A stretch of 64,000 nt of DNA from NCBI GenBank assembly GCA_963693055.1, contig OY843751.1:5632001-5696000 (forward strand). The letters are read 5' to 3'. Under the pieces are notes generated by a model. That model was not told the DNA's origin. It worked only from the letters and a program-made list of their open reading frames with translations, and ran no database searches. Numbering within the stretch: position 1 is the stretch's first letter; each line of letters starts with the position of its first letter. Source of the DNA: a bacterium. GTDB lineage: Bacteria; Zhuqueibacterota; Zhuqueibacteria; Residuimicrobiales; Krinioviventaceae. This document shows, one piece after another, positions 28,101 through 39,000 of this stretch. Both the position numbers and the translations under genes were made by a program.

Positions 28101-29949
28101 GAGACTGTCGCAGATCTATCAGCTCATCCACTGCAGGTACCTCAAGAAATCTGGGGTGAGAAATAATAATGTAATCTGCAGACACCTGTGAACTTTTCAG
28201 TTGAGTGGGTTCATCCTGAACGATTGCAACAGGTTTTAACTTGGCATCCTGGGTTACTGCAACATACTTTGTTTCCGCAGATGTTACAACATCCTGAAAA
28301 CTGATCTTGTATAGATCTCTTTTGCTGTTACTTTCAGTATAAGCTTCAACATCAACACCCAGCATTTTACTTGTATTGATTTTATAGACATCAACTTTTT
28401 GCTTATCAAAGCCATCAATTTTGAAAACATATGTTCCCGGTTCAAAAGCCTGGGGAACAGTAAACTTTAATTGATTTTCATGCGCCCGATACAACCGGGG
28501 ATATGTAATATTTGCCCAGTTAAAAAGAACATAATCAAAATATTGAGGATCCCCTGTATTCAAGATAGAAATGGTGTTACTTCCGTTTTCAAGATCAACG
28601 CCACTAGGTGCGTTATTACCCTCAAGATTCATTTCAATAAAATTCTGACCCCACCATTGGCTTTGGTATAAATAGCTGTCATTCAAATAAACCGCAACAG
28701 AATGCATCAAGGTGTCAGAGCTGGTTCTTCCACTCATGGAAATGCGGCACTCTATGCTTTCTGTCGATTGAACATCCGGATCCCACAATTCTATGGTATA
28801 AACCTGTTTCTGCCCGGATCGAATACCACTATCATAAAACCAATGGTCCCGCTCTACATCATTTGCGATGGTACCAAATCTTTCAAAATAGACATCTTTT
28901 TCTTCGTGCACGGTATCATGAAAAAACGTGGGTGAAATATATTGAATCCCGGCAGTGCTGGATACCTGGGCCTCTTCATCTACCATCCATTGAGTTTGAT
29001 CAGCATTCCAGGATAACACATAAACATTTGTAGAAGAATAAGGATCAGTATAAATATCTGTTTCAGATGTAATTGGTTTATAACGATGATATTCACCCCA
29101 GAATTCAAAATAATCATCAGCATCAAAGCTGCCGTCTTCCCATCCATGTACATAGATTGGAATATTTTTTCCATCAGAGGTTAATTTTAATTTTTTGACA
29201 TCAACATCAGCAAGCCGTACACCCGCTTCGCTTAAATCATAGCCAGTTATATGATAAAATCCATCCTCAGCAACAAGGATCTTCCATTTTTCATAAACAT
29301 CCTCCACTGCTTTGCTCAGAGAAGCTGGCGTGGTTGATTTGCGAGACGCAAGTGACAAGGCTCCCAATGAAGCTATTTTTTCTCTTTCCACCTGGGGAAC
29401 CAGTATACCGCCCGAATTTGCATTTAACCGTATTTCAAATACAATCTCTTTGCTTACAGTTAAAACCTCTGTTGCAGGATTATAATGGTATGGGTAAAAA
29501 TCTGCCGCCCACAATTCATTTCCTTCAAGAGAGCCAATTTTTCTCAATCCGGGTTGACCGGAAATGTTTTGGATCTCACCTGAAACATTTTCCTTACCTT
29601 CTTTACCCAGAGCAATATCCGGTTGAAATTCTTCAGGTGATAGTATAGATATATCTGTTTTTACTTCAGAAAGGATATGAATGCTTGCGTCTTTGCCATA
29701 CATGTGTAGCAACAAGGCAAAATAAGGCATAGCATATTTTCCATTCTGAGCAAAAACAGGATAATCGCTCATTGAAATTTGAGAAAATTCTTTATTCTCC
29801 AGAATAACTGTTTGGATATCCGGTATAGGGAAAGTAATTTTCCCCCTCAGGAAAGAATCTGACTTTTCAATGATAGTTATTTCTTCTTTTGCAGACACAG
29901 AACCGACAACAACCAGCGTTATCAGTATCCATAAACCAATCTTTTTCAT
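25165..29949 (-). CDS. C25 (gingipain/PorU-like) cysteine peptidase with CARDB-like/Ig domains and C-terminal FlgD-Ig/T9SS domain
   Basis: DIYDEFNHG, YVLLLGD, SDYWY, IGRIP, catalytic HGHG and MTC, GDP; NYPNPF...LANGVYFYKL tail. Confidence 0.88.
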   Translation of the reverse strand: MKKIGLWILITLVVVGSVSAKEEITIIEKSDSFLRGKITFPIPDIQTVILENKEFSQISMSDYPVFAQNGKYAMPYFALLLHMYGKDASIHILSEVKTDISILSPEEFQPDIALGKEGKENVSGEIQNISGQPGLRKIGSLEGNELWAADFYPYHYNPATEVLTVSKEIVFEIRLNANSGGILVPQVEREKIASLGALSLASRKSTTPASLSKAVEDVYEKWKILVAEDGFYHITGYDLSEAGVRLADVDVKKLKLTSDGKNIPIYVHGWEDGSFDADDYFEFWGEYHRYKPITSETDIYTDPYSSTNVYVLSWNADQTQWMVDEEAQVSSTAGIQYISPTFFHDTVHEEKDVYFERFGTIANDVERDHWFYDSGIRSGQKQVYTIELWDPDVQSTESIECRISMSGRTSSDTLMHSVAVYLNDSYLYQSQWWGQNFIEMNLEGNNAPSGVDLENGSNTISILNTGDPQYFDYVLFNWANITYPRLYRAHENQLKFTVPQAFEPGTYVFKIDGFDKQKVDVYKINTSKMLGVDVEAYTESNSKRDLYKISFQDVVTSAETKYVAVTQDAKLKPVAIVQDEPTQLKSSQVSADYIIISHPRFLEVPAVDELIDLRQSQGLQTLKIDINDIYDEFNHGKVSAYAIKDFISYAYHNWSEPQLKYVLLLGDGCYLRYTEDDTLDLVPAYMRQTFKFGAAASDYWYTLVDGDDEIPDLNIGRIPARETEEVEKIINKIIAYETSAPSGDWRNRILYIGGNDILFRQQGLTLSQTAPKDLNTEMLFTYRDQTLANDPYFGGTLDLLDYFNNGCTVMTFHGHGGGAIWADNGLLRIEDAEQINCDSKLAFILSMTCFTGSFESPSRESLADALLFAENEGIVAMLGASGYGWELNDYLLEREILNYMYKHPHQTIGEIVNAGKVLYYSKYNQVQSKTEVNQYHIFGDPATRLVLPTQKAAVSLDLQILQKGETFTVNAEFPFSDGSGTIAVIDSAKNDVMTRDFFIVNGKTSSQLVVDPGFESLTGAVRVFAENDLGTEQANGSALFSLSQVLFDSSRIAISTSDSIRYFAKILSSLELDSIFCVTLGDTLTMSAIGNNWYKSDQGIRNTNSMEISYQFIVKASSGRVYKSIYYVDEKKKGADLTFDHQSIKLEGETQVELTARILNYGDTDAFDIPVQFYISKDDSLWQPLSSKTVQVSAYSFADISLPVSLPAGRHLCRLEIDPDSLYRDTNFYNNFYNFYQQVDLFNFVPGTGIQYGTSYLDTLALDSTLTLYVPKSVMAENGVFGFEKQDSVTIFEQPDFQSLYDVAVYDINVPGMAGEFVSPVQVRFILSDTVQYILDSTAVDYSIFTYSDVSKKWSRLETEKEDSLLTASLYSPGLVTVLTSQDTQLPDVEVSIDGQPYSKDKYISPDPKFTLVFQDDNGILVESIKVILNGAEQSMQNLGIPDTVLNANQITAKLTPDLTTGSHTMNVRCMDCNGNLLISKEYSFKTAEKFDVQMLGNYPNPFQDETLFAYFFTIPVDKVELKIYTASGRLIRDLNPLLISSDPNPLSADYHEVQWDALDMNGNQLANGVYFYKLTVTANGETKKIMGKIAKLK

Positions 29950-30029
29950 CACATTAAATACTGTCATATGATCCGGTAATTCGTTCAATTTTATAAGTTA
30001 AAATAATGAATACTTTAGCATTAATCAAT

Positions 30030-30060
30030 AAAAAAAGCCGGGAAGGAAAAACCCGGCTTT
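30030..30060 (-). terminator. Rho-independent terminator
   Basis: Minus strand AAAGCCGGG-tttttcctt-CCCGGC followed by T7. Confidence 0.8.
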
Positions 30061-30090
30061 AATATACTCAATTTTTATGTAAAAACACAA

Positions 30091-33000
30091 TTATTTTACA
30101 AACAACATTTTAATGGTCATTTGATTTTCAGGCGTTTTTACTCTTGCAAAATACAATCCCGCTGCAACCTGTTGCCCCTGATAATTTTTTCCATTCCAGG
30201 AAACATTGTGCATGCCAGGATGAAACTCTGCATCAGTCAATGTATTGATTGAACGACCCAATGTGTCAAATATCTCTACAGAAACATGACTATATTCAGG
30301 CAAGCTGAAAGAGATCGTTGTGCTGGGATTGAAAGGATTCGGATAATTCTGGTTTACCTGAAATGTTGTAGGAACCTGAGCGGCATCCTCTTCTTCAACA
30401 TCCGTCAGAATGGTCATCAAATCCGTTTCATCAAGTGAGAAATCAATATTGCCGGTGTTACCACCACCACTAACAGAGACCGCACTTGCTCCGCCAGGTA
30501 CGCTCTGATAGAATGGGAACGGAAAATATACCGGCAGAATTGCATTATCATACATGCTTGATATTCCATAATACAGGAACTTGAACATGATCTGATCCAG
30601 ATCCATGTCAATTGCAACCGGAACATTGGGATACCAAACATCAGCATAAATACCCAAATCGAGATCAAGAATACCAGTATCCAGATCGCCGCTTAACAGG
30701 GCATCCAACTCTAAACCACTGCCTTCGCCATTCACCATACCAACCAGACCATTAACAAGGTCAAGCAAGGTTGTATAGCTGAATGTACGGAGATAATAGC
30801 TTCCGTTTCTTAAACCGGAAACAGTATAATTACCAGTTACAGTCTCGGAATGTTCATTGGTAAGAATATTATAATCACTGGTGCCAAATCCTGCAATATG
30901 GCCACCCATATCAAAAGCAACAACGGTTACCATTGAAAGTGAGGATGTATTGCCAATATTCGAAATTTTTCCACTGATTGAACCGGTAGCAGCATCCAGA
31001 ATAATATTTTCTGTATGGGTCTCACCAAAATCAAGTGACAGGGTTGTTGAGCTTGCATCACTGTATGAGGTTCCACCACCCAAATAAGTAACAGCATAGT
31101 CTGCATTCAAAGGCAATGCGGCAACTTTATAATTTCCTGCTGGTAAGTAATCCACTCTATAACCACCATTAAACTGTACAAAGTCATATGCAATTGCATC
31201 ACCATTTGCTGCATCAAAAACAATTACAGGAAATTTTTGAATCTCATCTGCACCAGCCGGGTAACCATCAGCAATTTCCACATAACCCTGAACTATCGCT
31301 CCAACATCAAGCGTAAAGTTGACATTCGTTGCGTTAGAAGCACCCAGATTGATTACGCTAGCTGCATCAAAACCGGCCTTACTGTCATAAAATTCCGGAA
31401 GATAAAGTTTACCTTCAACATCTCCCGGCAGCAAGAACAACTTGTAATTACCTTGCGGCAAGGGTCCAAGACTATAAGAACCATCTTTTTCAATAATTCC
31501 CGGCATTATAAATGACAGATCCAACTCGTCTTCCATGCCCAGCAGGCTGCTGACATTGCCAACAAAATACTTGGGGAAACCGGTTTCACTATCAACTGCA
31601 ACAAGCAAAGCGTTAGAAACAGGATCACCGCTTACAGCATCAGTAATAGAGCCGCTGATAAAGCTGCCAGATGCCAATTCAATGTTTATTCCGGTTACTG
31701 ATTGTGGCTCTGTTAACGAAATACGGGTTGCATCGGCAATTTCAAGAATTCCGGTAACATCGTTATAATATTCATCAACCACCTGGCCTTTGTGCTTTCC
31801 GGGGGGAACAATACTATCTAAACTATCAAGATCTAAATTGTTCAAATCAAGATTAATATAAAAATCAGAGATTGTTCGGATAATGTATTCACCAGTTGGC
31901 AATCCCTTAAATGTATAATTACCTGAAAGATCCGTGAATGCAATTCCTAATCCCAAATTAGCAGGAAAAGGCTCATCCGTATCGCCAAGGACCTCTGCAT
32001 TTACAGCAATCATCAGCAATGAATCAAGCGCAGCACCACCAGCTTTTGTAACTTGCCCGGAAATGGATCCGCCTGCATCCAATTGAAAATTAATATTTCC
32101 TGTTTCCTGTTCTTCTACAACTTGAACAGGTGTAGCATTGGCAAATAGATGCGCATTATTGTAAAATTCGCCAAGGTAATTATCAGAATCAAACAATTCA
32201 CCAAGATAATCATCTGCATAAAGATAATAGCTGCCTGCAGGCAGATCTTCAATTGTATAACTTCCAAGTAGCGCTAATCCTAAACCGGCAAAACTCATAT
32301 CTTCTGCGTCATAAGCAACAACAACACTCAACAAAGGAGGGAACATTGCTCCGGTTGCTGTAATTCCGCCGGAAATAGAACCGGTTAGTTCTGTCTCACT
32401 ACCTGTACTTTGTAGATTAAAGTTAATATCTGTAATGACATCATCATAACTGCTAATAGAAATAGATTGACCATTTTGCCAGTCCACTTGATCTGGGTAC
32501 CAGGCCTCTCCATCCGTATCATAACTGGATGCATGTATCTTGACATCTCCTATAAACGGAACCATCAAATCATCAAATGCTCCTGTACCATCGGTAGAAA
32601 CATATTGATAAGAAACCTGCATAGGAGAGTTTACTTTGGTTACGGTTATATCAACTCCGTCCCACTCGAGAGGTGTTACTCCATCAGCTTGATAAATAAC
32701 TCCACTGATCATTGCACCTGATTGCAGGTCAAAATCAATACCTGTTACAACAGAACCACTTACACTTACCGTTGTTGCAGAACGCCAGGTTTCAAGAGAT
32801 CTTAATGGTGCCTGAATATTATCATAAATCTCATCGACGTATGTCTGGCTCAGTGTCAACACATAATACTCACCATCCGGCAAACCGGCAATTTCATACT
32901 CTGTATCATAATAATCCAGCATTGCGGCACCGGCATAGTATCCAAAAGCATCAAATGCTATTATCAGCACTTCGTTTTCAAAAGCGCTACCATCAACCTG

Positions 33001-33402
33001 AACAGAACCGCTAATACCACCATCAGCTTCAATGGTTTTCAATTGTTCTTGATCAGTAAATTGTTGATAAACATCTGCAATTGAACTTTTTGCTGCCAGT
33101 TCATATACAGCCCGGGTGAATTGTGGTACCAACAAATCAGGAGTACTGTTTTCCTGCACATCTTTGTCGATTTTCAGACGTGTAGCGCCTGACTTTAATG
33201 AATTTATCAACGAACGATCGAGCGGGCCAACAGCAGCACTCAGAGACTGCCGGACTGCTTTAAAGTCCATGGAATTCGTTGTTGTAGTTATATTTTCAGC
33301 AATATTTTTGGCCTGGGGAGCAACTTGTGCGGCAAATCCAGACATCCATATTCCCAGTAACAACAATACCGCTGATGAAAAAATCAGTCTTTTAAACTTC
33401 AT
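30091..33402 (-). CDS. T9SS type A CTD surface protein with about 7 carboxypeptidase-regulatory-like beta-sandwich repeats
   Basis: Signal peptide; recurring ISG.V ... E(F/Y)Y ... GI(N/D)F.L units; QNYPNPFNPSTTI...GLYFARV...KMLFVK CTD. Confidence 0.85.
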   Translation of the reverse strand: MKFKRLIFSSAVLLLLGIWMSGFAAQVAPQAKNIAENITTTTNSMDFKAVRQSLSAAVGPLDRSLINSLKSGATRLKIDKDVQENSTPDLLVPQFTRAVYELAAKSSIADVYQQFTDQEQLKTIEADGGISGSVQVDGSAFENEVLIIAFDAFGYYAGAAMLDYYDTEYEIAGLPDGEYYVLTLSQTYVDEIYDNIQAPLRSLETWRSATTVSVSGSVVTGIDFDLQSGAMISGVIYQADGVTPLEWDGVDITVTKVNSPMQVSYQYVSTDGTGAFDDLMVPFIGDVKIHASSYDTDGEAWYPDQVDWQNGQSISISSYDDVITDINFNLQSTGSETELTGSISGGITATGAMFPPLLSVVVAYDAEDMSFAGLGLALLGSYTIEDLPAGSYYLYADDYLGELFDSDNYLGEFYNNAHLFANATPVQVVEEQETGNINFQLDAGGSISGQVTKAGGAALDSLLMIAVNAEVLGDTDEPFPANLGLGIAFTDLSGNYTFKGLPTGEYIIRTISDFYINLDLNNLDLDSLDSIVPPGKHKGQVVDEYYNDVTGILEIADATRISLTEPQSVTGINIELASGSFISGSITDAVSGDPVSNALLVAVDSETGFPKYFVGNVSSLLGMEDELDLSFIMPGIIEKDGSYSLGPLPQGNYKLFLLPGDVEGKLYLPEFYDSKAGFDAASVINLGASNATNVNFTLDVGAIVQGYVEIADGYPAGADEIQKFPVIVFDAANGDAIAYDFVQFNGGYRVDYLPAGNYKVAALPLNADYAVTYLGGGTSYSDASSTTLSLDFGETHTENIILDAATGSISGKISNIGNTSSLSMVTVVAFDMGGHIAGFGTSDYNILTNEHSETVTGNYTVSGLRNGSYYLRTFSYTTLLDLVNGLVGMVNGEGSGLELDALLSGDLDTGILDLDLGIYADVWYPNVPVAIDMDLDQIMFKFLYYGISSMYDNAILPVYFPFPFYQSVPGGASAVSVSGGGNTGNIDFSLDETDLMTILTDVEEEDAAQVPTTFQVNQNYPNPFNPSTTISFSLPEYSHVSVEIFDTLGRSINTLTDAEFHPGMHNVSWNGKNYQGQQVAAGLYFARVKTPENQMTIKMLFVK

Positions 33403-33518
33403 TGCAACTCTCCATTTTGTTAAATATTAAAAACCCATAAATGCAAACATTTTTGGGTCGTAGTTAATTCCGTTTCAAGTTAGTAAATCTATAAGAAAAA
33501 AAAATGCTTTAGGTCACA

Positions 33519-34169
33519 TTATTGTATAAATTGAAGGGTATTGTTCTCTTTATAAAAGAAATTATCTGATTTGAATTTCAATTCAGTCTCCCCAAACCCC
33601 AATACATTCATAAACACATCAAAAATACGATTTTGCCCGCTTTTTTTGGGCTTTTCTTTATCATCACTCCTTGAGGGGCCAGATAGCCATTCGCTCAATT
33701 CATGATAAGTTTCCGCCGAAACAGGCTTTAATGTGGTTTGGATGCTAATATAATATTTCGTACCAGACTCTAGCTCATCTACCGGTAGAATCATATAATT
33801 CCTGATCAAAGAACTCATATCTCTTACCGTTTGCACCTGCGATGTCAATCGATTTTCATCATCAGTCACAATTCTGAATTTATCTTCCCAGTTGTCGTAT
33901 AAAATTTTAACCGTTATTACTTTTTCAGTACTAATTGAGCTAAAGAGCTTTTTACTTTTCCACAATCTAATCTTGTGAATGACTTCAGAAGTTAACCCCC
34001 TTTCAAGGCCCTGAATGGTTTTTGCGTCCAATAATCCATCTATGTGATAACTGATGTACAATTGATCATTATTAACATTCAAACTATCCAATGTTATTTT
34101 TCGGTCTGCTGCCTGAACAGCAATGCCCAAAATCAATACCAGTCCGAATATTAGATAAATTTTTCTCAT
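33519..34169 (-). CDS. DUF4390 domain exported protein
   Basis: Signal peptide; GLERGL and YDNWEDKF pattern. Confidence 0.65.
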   Translation of the reverse strand: MRKIYLIFGLVLILGIAVQAADRKITLDSLNVNNDQLYISYHIDGLLDAKTIQGLERGLTSEVIHKIRLWKSKKLFSSISTEKVITVKILYDNWEDKFRIVTDDENRLTSQVQTVRDMSSLIRNYMILPVDELESGTKYYISIQTTLKPVSAETYHELSEWLSGPSRSDDKEKPKKSGQNRIFDVFMNVLGFGETELKFKSDNFFYKENNTLQFIQ

Positions 34170-34176
34170 CAGTCCA

Positions 34177-35040
34177 TTACGGGATTTTAACACATTCAAA
34201 GGCTATCCACTCTTCTCTGTGCAGTAATTGCTTTATTTGAAAACGGTTTTGAATTAAAGCCGCTCTCAACTTTTCTTCTTCACTGTCCAAAATGCCGGAT
34301 AAAATTAAAACACCTTTTTCACACAATAATTCATTAAAATGCGGTAAAATATTCAAAATTTGACCGCTGTTTATATTTGCTACAATAATATCCAGTTCTT
34401 TGTTTTTCAGGGATTGTGTTGTACCTGTAAACACATGAATATCACTAACACCGTTTTTGTCGATATTCTTTCTTGCCGTCTCAGAAGCAATAGGATCAAT
34501 ATCAAAAGCAAAACTCTTTGCCGCCCCTAGTCTCTGGGCAATAATTGCCAGTATACCTGTGCCTGTGCCCGCATCCAATACAGTTTTGTCTTTAACATGT
34601 TCATCTATCAATTGTGCACATAACGCGGTTGTAGCATGGGTGCCGGTGCCAAATGCCATCTCGGGATCGAGTTCTATTATTATTTCCGGGTGATCTTCCG
34701 GTAATTCACACCATGTTGGCTTTATCATCACCTGGGGTGTTACACAAAATGGCTTGAATTGCAGCTTCCATTCAGCGTTCCAATCACGGTCTTTAATGCC
34801 AGATACGGTTAACTCCTGATCAGGTACCGTAAACCCCATATCAACTAAGGATTGATAATATGCTTTTAATTCTTTCAGTAAATAATCTTTATCAATAGCA
34901 TCAGAAAAATATGCCTTAATCTTTTGCTCTTTATCTTCAATACCGGCTGCTCCTTGTTCGAACAAAAAATTGCTGACAGCATCAGAAATTTCTGCGTTCA
35001 CAGGAACAACCAGCTCAAACCACTCTGTATTTTGTGTCAT
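34177..35040 (-). CDS. prmA: Ribosomal protein L11 methyltransferase
   Basis: DWNAEWK, LDPEMAFGTGTHATT, LDAGTGTGILAI, DID, ANI, LSGIL. Confidence 0.95.
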   Translation of the reverse strand: MTQNTEWFELVVPVNAEISDAVSNFLFEQGAAGIEDKEQKIKAYFSDAIDKDYLLKELKAYYQSLVDMGFTVPDQELTVSGIKDRDWNAEWKLQFKPFCVTPQVMIKPTWCELPEDHPEIIIELDPEMAFGTGTHATTALCAQLIDEHVKDKTVLDAGTGTGILAIIAQRLGAAKSFAFDIDPIASETARKNIDKNGVSDIHVFTGTTQSLKNKELDIIVANINSGQILNILPHFNELLCEKGVLILSGILDSEEEKLRAALIQNRFQIKQLLHREEWIAFECVKIP

Positions 35041-35112
35041 TTATACGTACTTTTCCCTTCAAGGTTACTATATATAAAGGCTAATTTAAAAACTTTAATG
35101 GAAAAAAAGAAC

Positions 35113-36006
35113 TTATTTTTCTGAATAAATGAGGTGTGTTAACAACAGTCCCATACTACCCAAACTTTCAGGACTGCATTTGTCAGGGGTGTCACTAATA
35201 GTATGCCAATAGGGATAGTCAAAATCTATAATATCAATACAGGGGATACCCGCTCTGAGGAACGCGATATGATCATCGTTTACTGAAAATTTTACGCTGG
35301 GTATAAAATTGCTCAAACCCAATTCAGACGCCATTTTCCATACATGGTTTACAATCGGGCCGGCAACCTGTGCAGAATAGGCTTCCTGGTACACCTGCAG
35401 GTCGGCATCGCCAACCAGATCAAGCAATATGCCATACCGGGGATACAATTCATTCCTAAATTCCTCTACAAATTTCTGAGAACCTACCGCCCAACTGCTT
35501 TCATCATTATATTGACCGGCATCTTCGGCATCAAAAAAGACGATATCTACACCAACTGCCGGGGGGTGTTCATGCAGCAACCTGGCGATCTCTAATAAAA
35601 CCGCAACACCTGAGGCACCATCGTTTGCCCCAATTACCGGTTTTTTGTGGTTCTTTTTATCAGGATCCTGGTCTGCCCAGGGACGGGTGTCCCAATGTGC
35701 GCATAACAAAATCCGGTTTGTTTTTTGCGGTTGAAATTTGGCATATACATTAAAAGCAGTTACCGTTTTAGCAGGAACACCAAAAGAAAACATAAAAGGT
35801 TGGGTAATGACCTGGTCTGCGTATTGTTCCATCGTTGTCTTGAGAAAATCAAGACATTGCTTATGTTCCGGTGTTCCCGGTACCCTGGGACCAAAATCGC
35901 ATTGTTTTACCAGCATTTCAAAAGAGCGATCTTTATCAAAATAGGGTACCTGTCCGAATACAGACATTGTCAAGCTCGATATAATGATTATAATCAACTT
36001 TTTCAT
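35113..36006 (-). CDS. M28-family exported protein, probable glutaminyl-peptide cyclotransferase
   Basis: FGPRVPGT, AHWDTRP, GANDGASG, DAED, DDH, WHT.SD motifs. Confidence 0.8.
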   Translation of the reverse strand: MKKLIIIIISSLTMSVFGQVPYFDKDRSFEMLVKQCDFGPRVPGTPEHKQCLDFLKTTMEQYADQVITQPFMFSFGVPAKTVTAFNVYAKFQPQKTNRILLCAHWDTRPWADQDPDKKNHKKPVIGANDGASGVAVLLEIARLLHEHPPAVGVDIVFFDAEDAGQYNDESSWAVGSQKFVEEFRNELYPRYGILLDLVGDADLQVYQEAYSAQVAGPIVNHVWKMASELGLSNFIPSVKFSVNDDHIAFLRAGIPCIDIIDFDYPYWHTISDTPDKCSPESLGSMGLLLTHLIYSEK

Positions 36007-36020
36007 AAACAAACCACTAC

Positions 36021-39000
36021 CTAGTTACCACGAATAGCAATATTAACGGTTATACCCAATTCCTTATAAGAGGTATCACCCAGCAACTTGTTGTGCGTTT
36101 TACCGACCTCAAAGAACAATCCACCGCGCACCTTGTCACTGAAACTGTAATTTACATCAGGTTTCAACATCCACTTGCTGGTTTCCGAAGTCGTTGTAAA
36201 GTTGATACCGTTTTTACTATCGTCCTGTTTGTTCAAACTTTGAGAATAGGTCAAAGAGATATCTATATTATTTTTCAAACGTTTGTTACCAAAGAATGGC
36301 AGAGGTATTTTAAAGTTGCCGCGTTTTGAATAGGTTGCGGTTACTGAGATATCATTTGAAATTGTATTCTTGATTGTCTGACTATAAGACCTGTTGATCA
36401 ACTGTTTGTCAGAGGTATTGTATTTGAAATTCAAAGAAATACCATTTTTCATGGCCATGGTAACACCAATCAATGGTCTGAAACTGTTATCCATATCTTC
36501 TTTGGTGATATTTTCATACATAACGCCATCTGAATCTGCTTCAACATCAAACGTTTCACCGGTAGAGCCGGTAAAGTTGTGATCAAGGGTTACACGCGTA
36601 AAATAGTCTTTCACGAATGGTAACTTTTCAAATCCTTTCACAGATACCGTCCAACCCGGGAAAGGCCCGCCAACATCTTTATAATAACTGTTACTCCGTT
36701 GACCGGTTGTGGTTTTACTGCTGGTGTTCAAGCTTGAATTTTGATCGTATTTGAATCTGAATGTTACGTTTCTACTTATCTTTAATCCGGAATTCACACT
36801 GGTACTCTTGGATTCGCTGCTGGAGCCACGGTTAAAACTGGAGGTACTACCTTCACCGCTCAACAAAGCCTCCTCAATGCCGGCCCCGGTAGTGTCTGTA
36901 ATACCAAACTGGTAACTCAGAGTAGGCATACCCGCCAAACCATATTCAGATACATTATCTCTGGTGTTGTATGAAATTCTAAATGGTTCAAATACATTTA
37001 AAAATCCGGCAGTCCATTTCATTACATCTATATTTATAGTCCTACCTTCTTTTTCTTCCTCTTGCTTTTCTTCGCCATTGGCAGGTTTTGGCCGGGCTGC
37101 ACGTGCACCACCTGATTTTCTGCCACGTGCGCCACCACCTGGCTTGTAAATGGTATTGGCAAGCGTGCTTAGCGTCAAATCTCCACTAGCGGACAAGGTA
37201 CGATTCTGACTGGCGCTACGCGGAGCAAGCGCCTGTTGTTTATTGTAACCATATTTAAACGTTGTATTGTATGTAAAGTTTGTTGTAAACCATGAAAATA
37301 TCTTGGGGTTAAACTTCATATTAAAAGAATTGTCAACATTGGTCAACAGACCCCATTTAAACTCTTGCAGCATGATTTGCAATGTATCCATATTCACACC
37401 ACGCAGATCATGGGTGTAAGATCGGTTAAGATCGTATGACCACGAGTCGGTAATATTCATTGTCATGGCATACTTGCGAGACATTACAAACGTACCATTT
37501 TTAGTACTCACTCCCGAATAGGTTAAAGAGTTGTTCTTGTTGCGAGAACTTGCATGTGAAGTTGTAATGGTTTTAGGACTGAAATACAACTTCATATCTG
37601 CCAATTTCATCAATAACGGAGATGTACCCAGCCATTTCATAGGTTTAACATAATTGTTCTGACCAAACGTGAGTCCCCAGGTCACACTACCCGATTCTGA
37701 GGTATTGTTTGCATGCTCGGTACTCGCGTTTTTGCTAAATGTCTCGTTACGGCTATATGTAACCTTTAATGGCGTAACAATATGCTTGACCATAAAATTT
37801 TTGGAGCGGGAATTGATGCCAAAGGACACATTCATACCTTTGCGTTCGCTTATAGTCTTGATAGAGTCCAGGGTTGCCTCTGGCAAATCATTGTTTACTT
37901 CAATATCCGTACCCGGAATGTACTTGGGTGATTCTTCACTCTTGGAATACGTAACCGTTACCGGCATTCGAAGACCCAATTTGGAAGGCACAAAATTGCC
38001 CAACTGGACCGTGGTACTAATGTTTCCACTGATCTCATTATCGCCGGAACCAAACCGCTCCTGAACATTATGGAAATCGGCATCCATTTTGTTCATTTCC
38101 GCGTTCACTGTTACCAGATCGGCCAATTTAAAAGCTACCTGGCCACGCATAGCCATACCTTTATCTTTTTTCACATTAGATAAACGCAATTCATTCAACC
38201 AGATCTCACCGGTAAAAGGTCCGTAATCCTGCCTATCACTATTTTCAGTCCAATGTTTATTTTCCACACCAGCAGAAAGCATACGTATCTTTGTCAGGGC
38301 CGGGTTACCCTTGAGTTTCCAGACCACCCCGCTTCCGATGTTCTTTTCCCGTATAGTAATATTCACATTATTCGGATCTGTATAAGATGTGTCAGCGGTA
38401 ACTTTTAATTGCGAAAGCGCTATCAGATCCACTTCCATATTGTTCTTTTTCCAGCCCTCGTATACAGGTTGCCGGATTTCATAATAGTTGTTCTCATCCG
38501 CCCCCATTCGCAGATAGACCTCAATATTGGTAGAGTCTGCTCCTATATGTCTGGCCGAATAGTCATAACCGTAAATAAACATCTTTAAAGTTTTATAATT
38601 AATATAACTCTGGGCTTCATAAAATGTTTTTTCAATACCACCAATATAACCGGGCTTTAAATCAGTAACCCGCATTACAAGGGATTGCTCTTTGGCAATA
38701 ACCTGGGTTATCTGATCAACTTCACCCTGAACACCCGGAGGTGCATCGTATTCCGGATTATCGTGTGTATTGACAACGGTAACTGTTACGGTAGAATCCT
38801 GGTCCACATCAAAAGAATCTGGTTTTGTATAGTACGCCAAACCTTTTTCTTTCCAGTCGCTGCTCACCAAGTTGATTTCCGCAATCTGGATCACATGACG
38901 GCCCGGAACATTAAATCCATCAACCCAGATACGCATATATTCAATCAAAGACAAATCCGGATTTCCAATAATAGACATTACCGGTTCTTGTGCCTGTATA

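Noticed and set aside
37040-37145. GC-rich Gly/Arg/Glu low-complexity stretch in sprA as an insertion element or intein
   Set aside because: Short, in frame, and without terminal repeats or intein motifs; likely a flexible loop.
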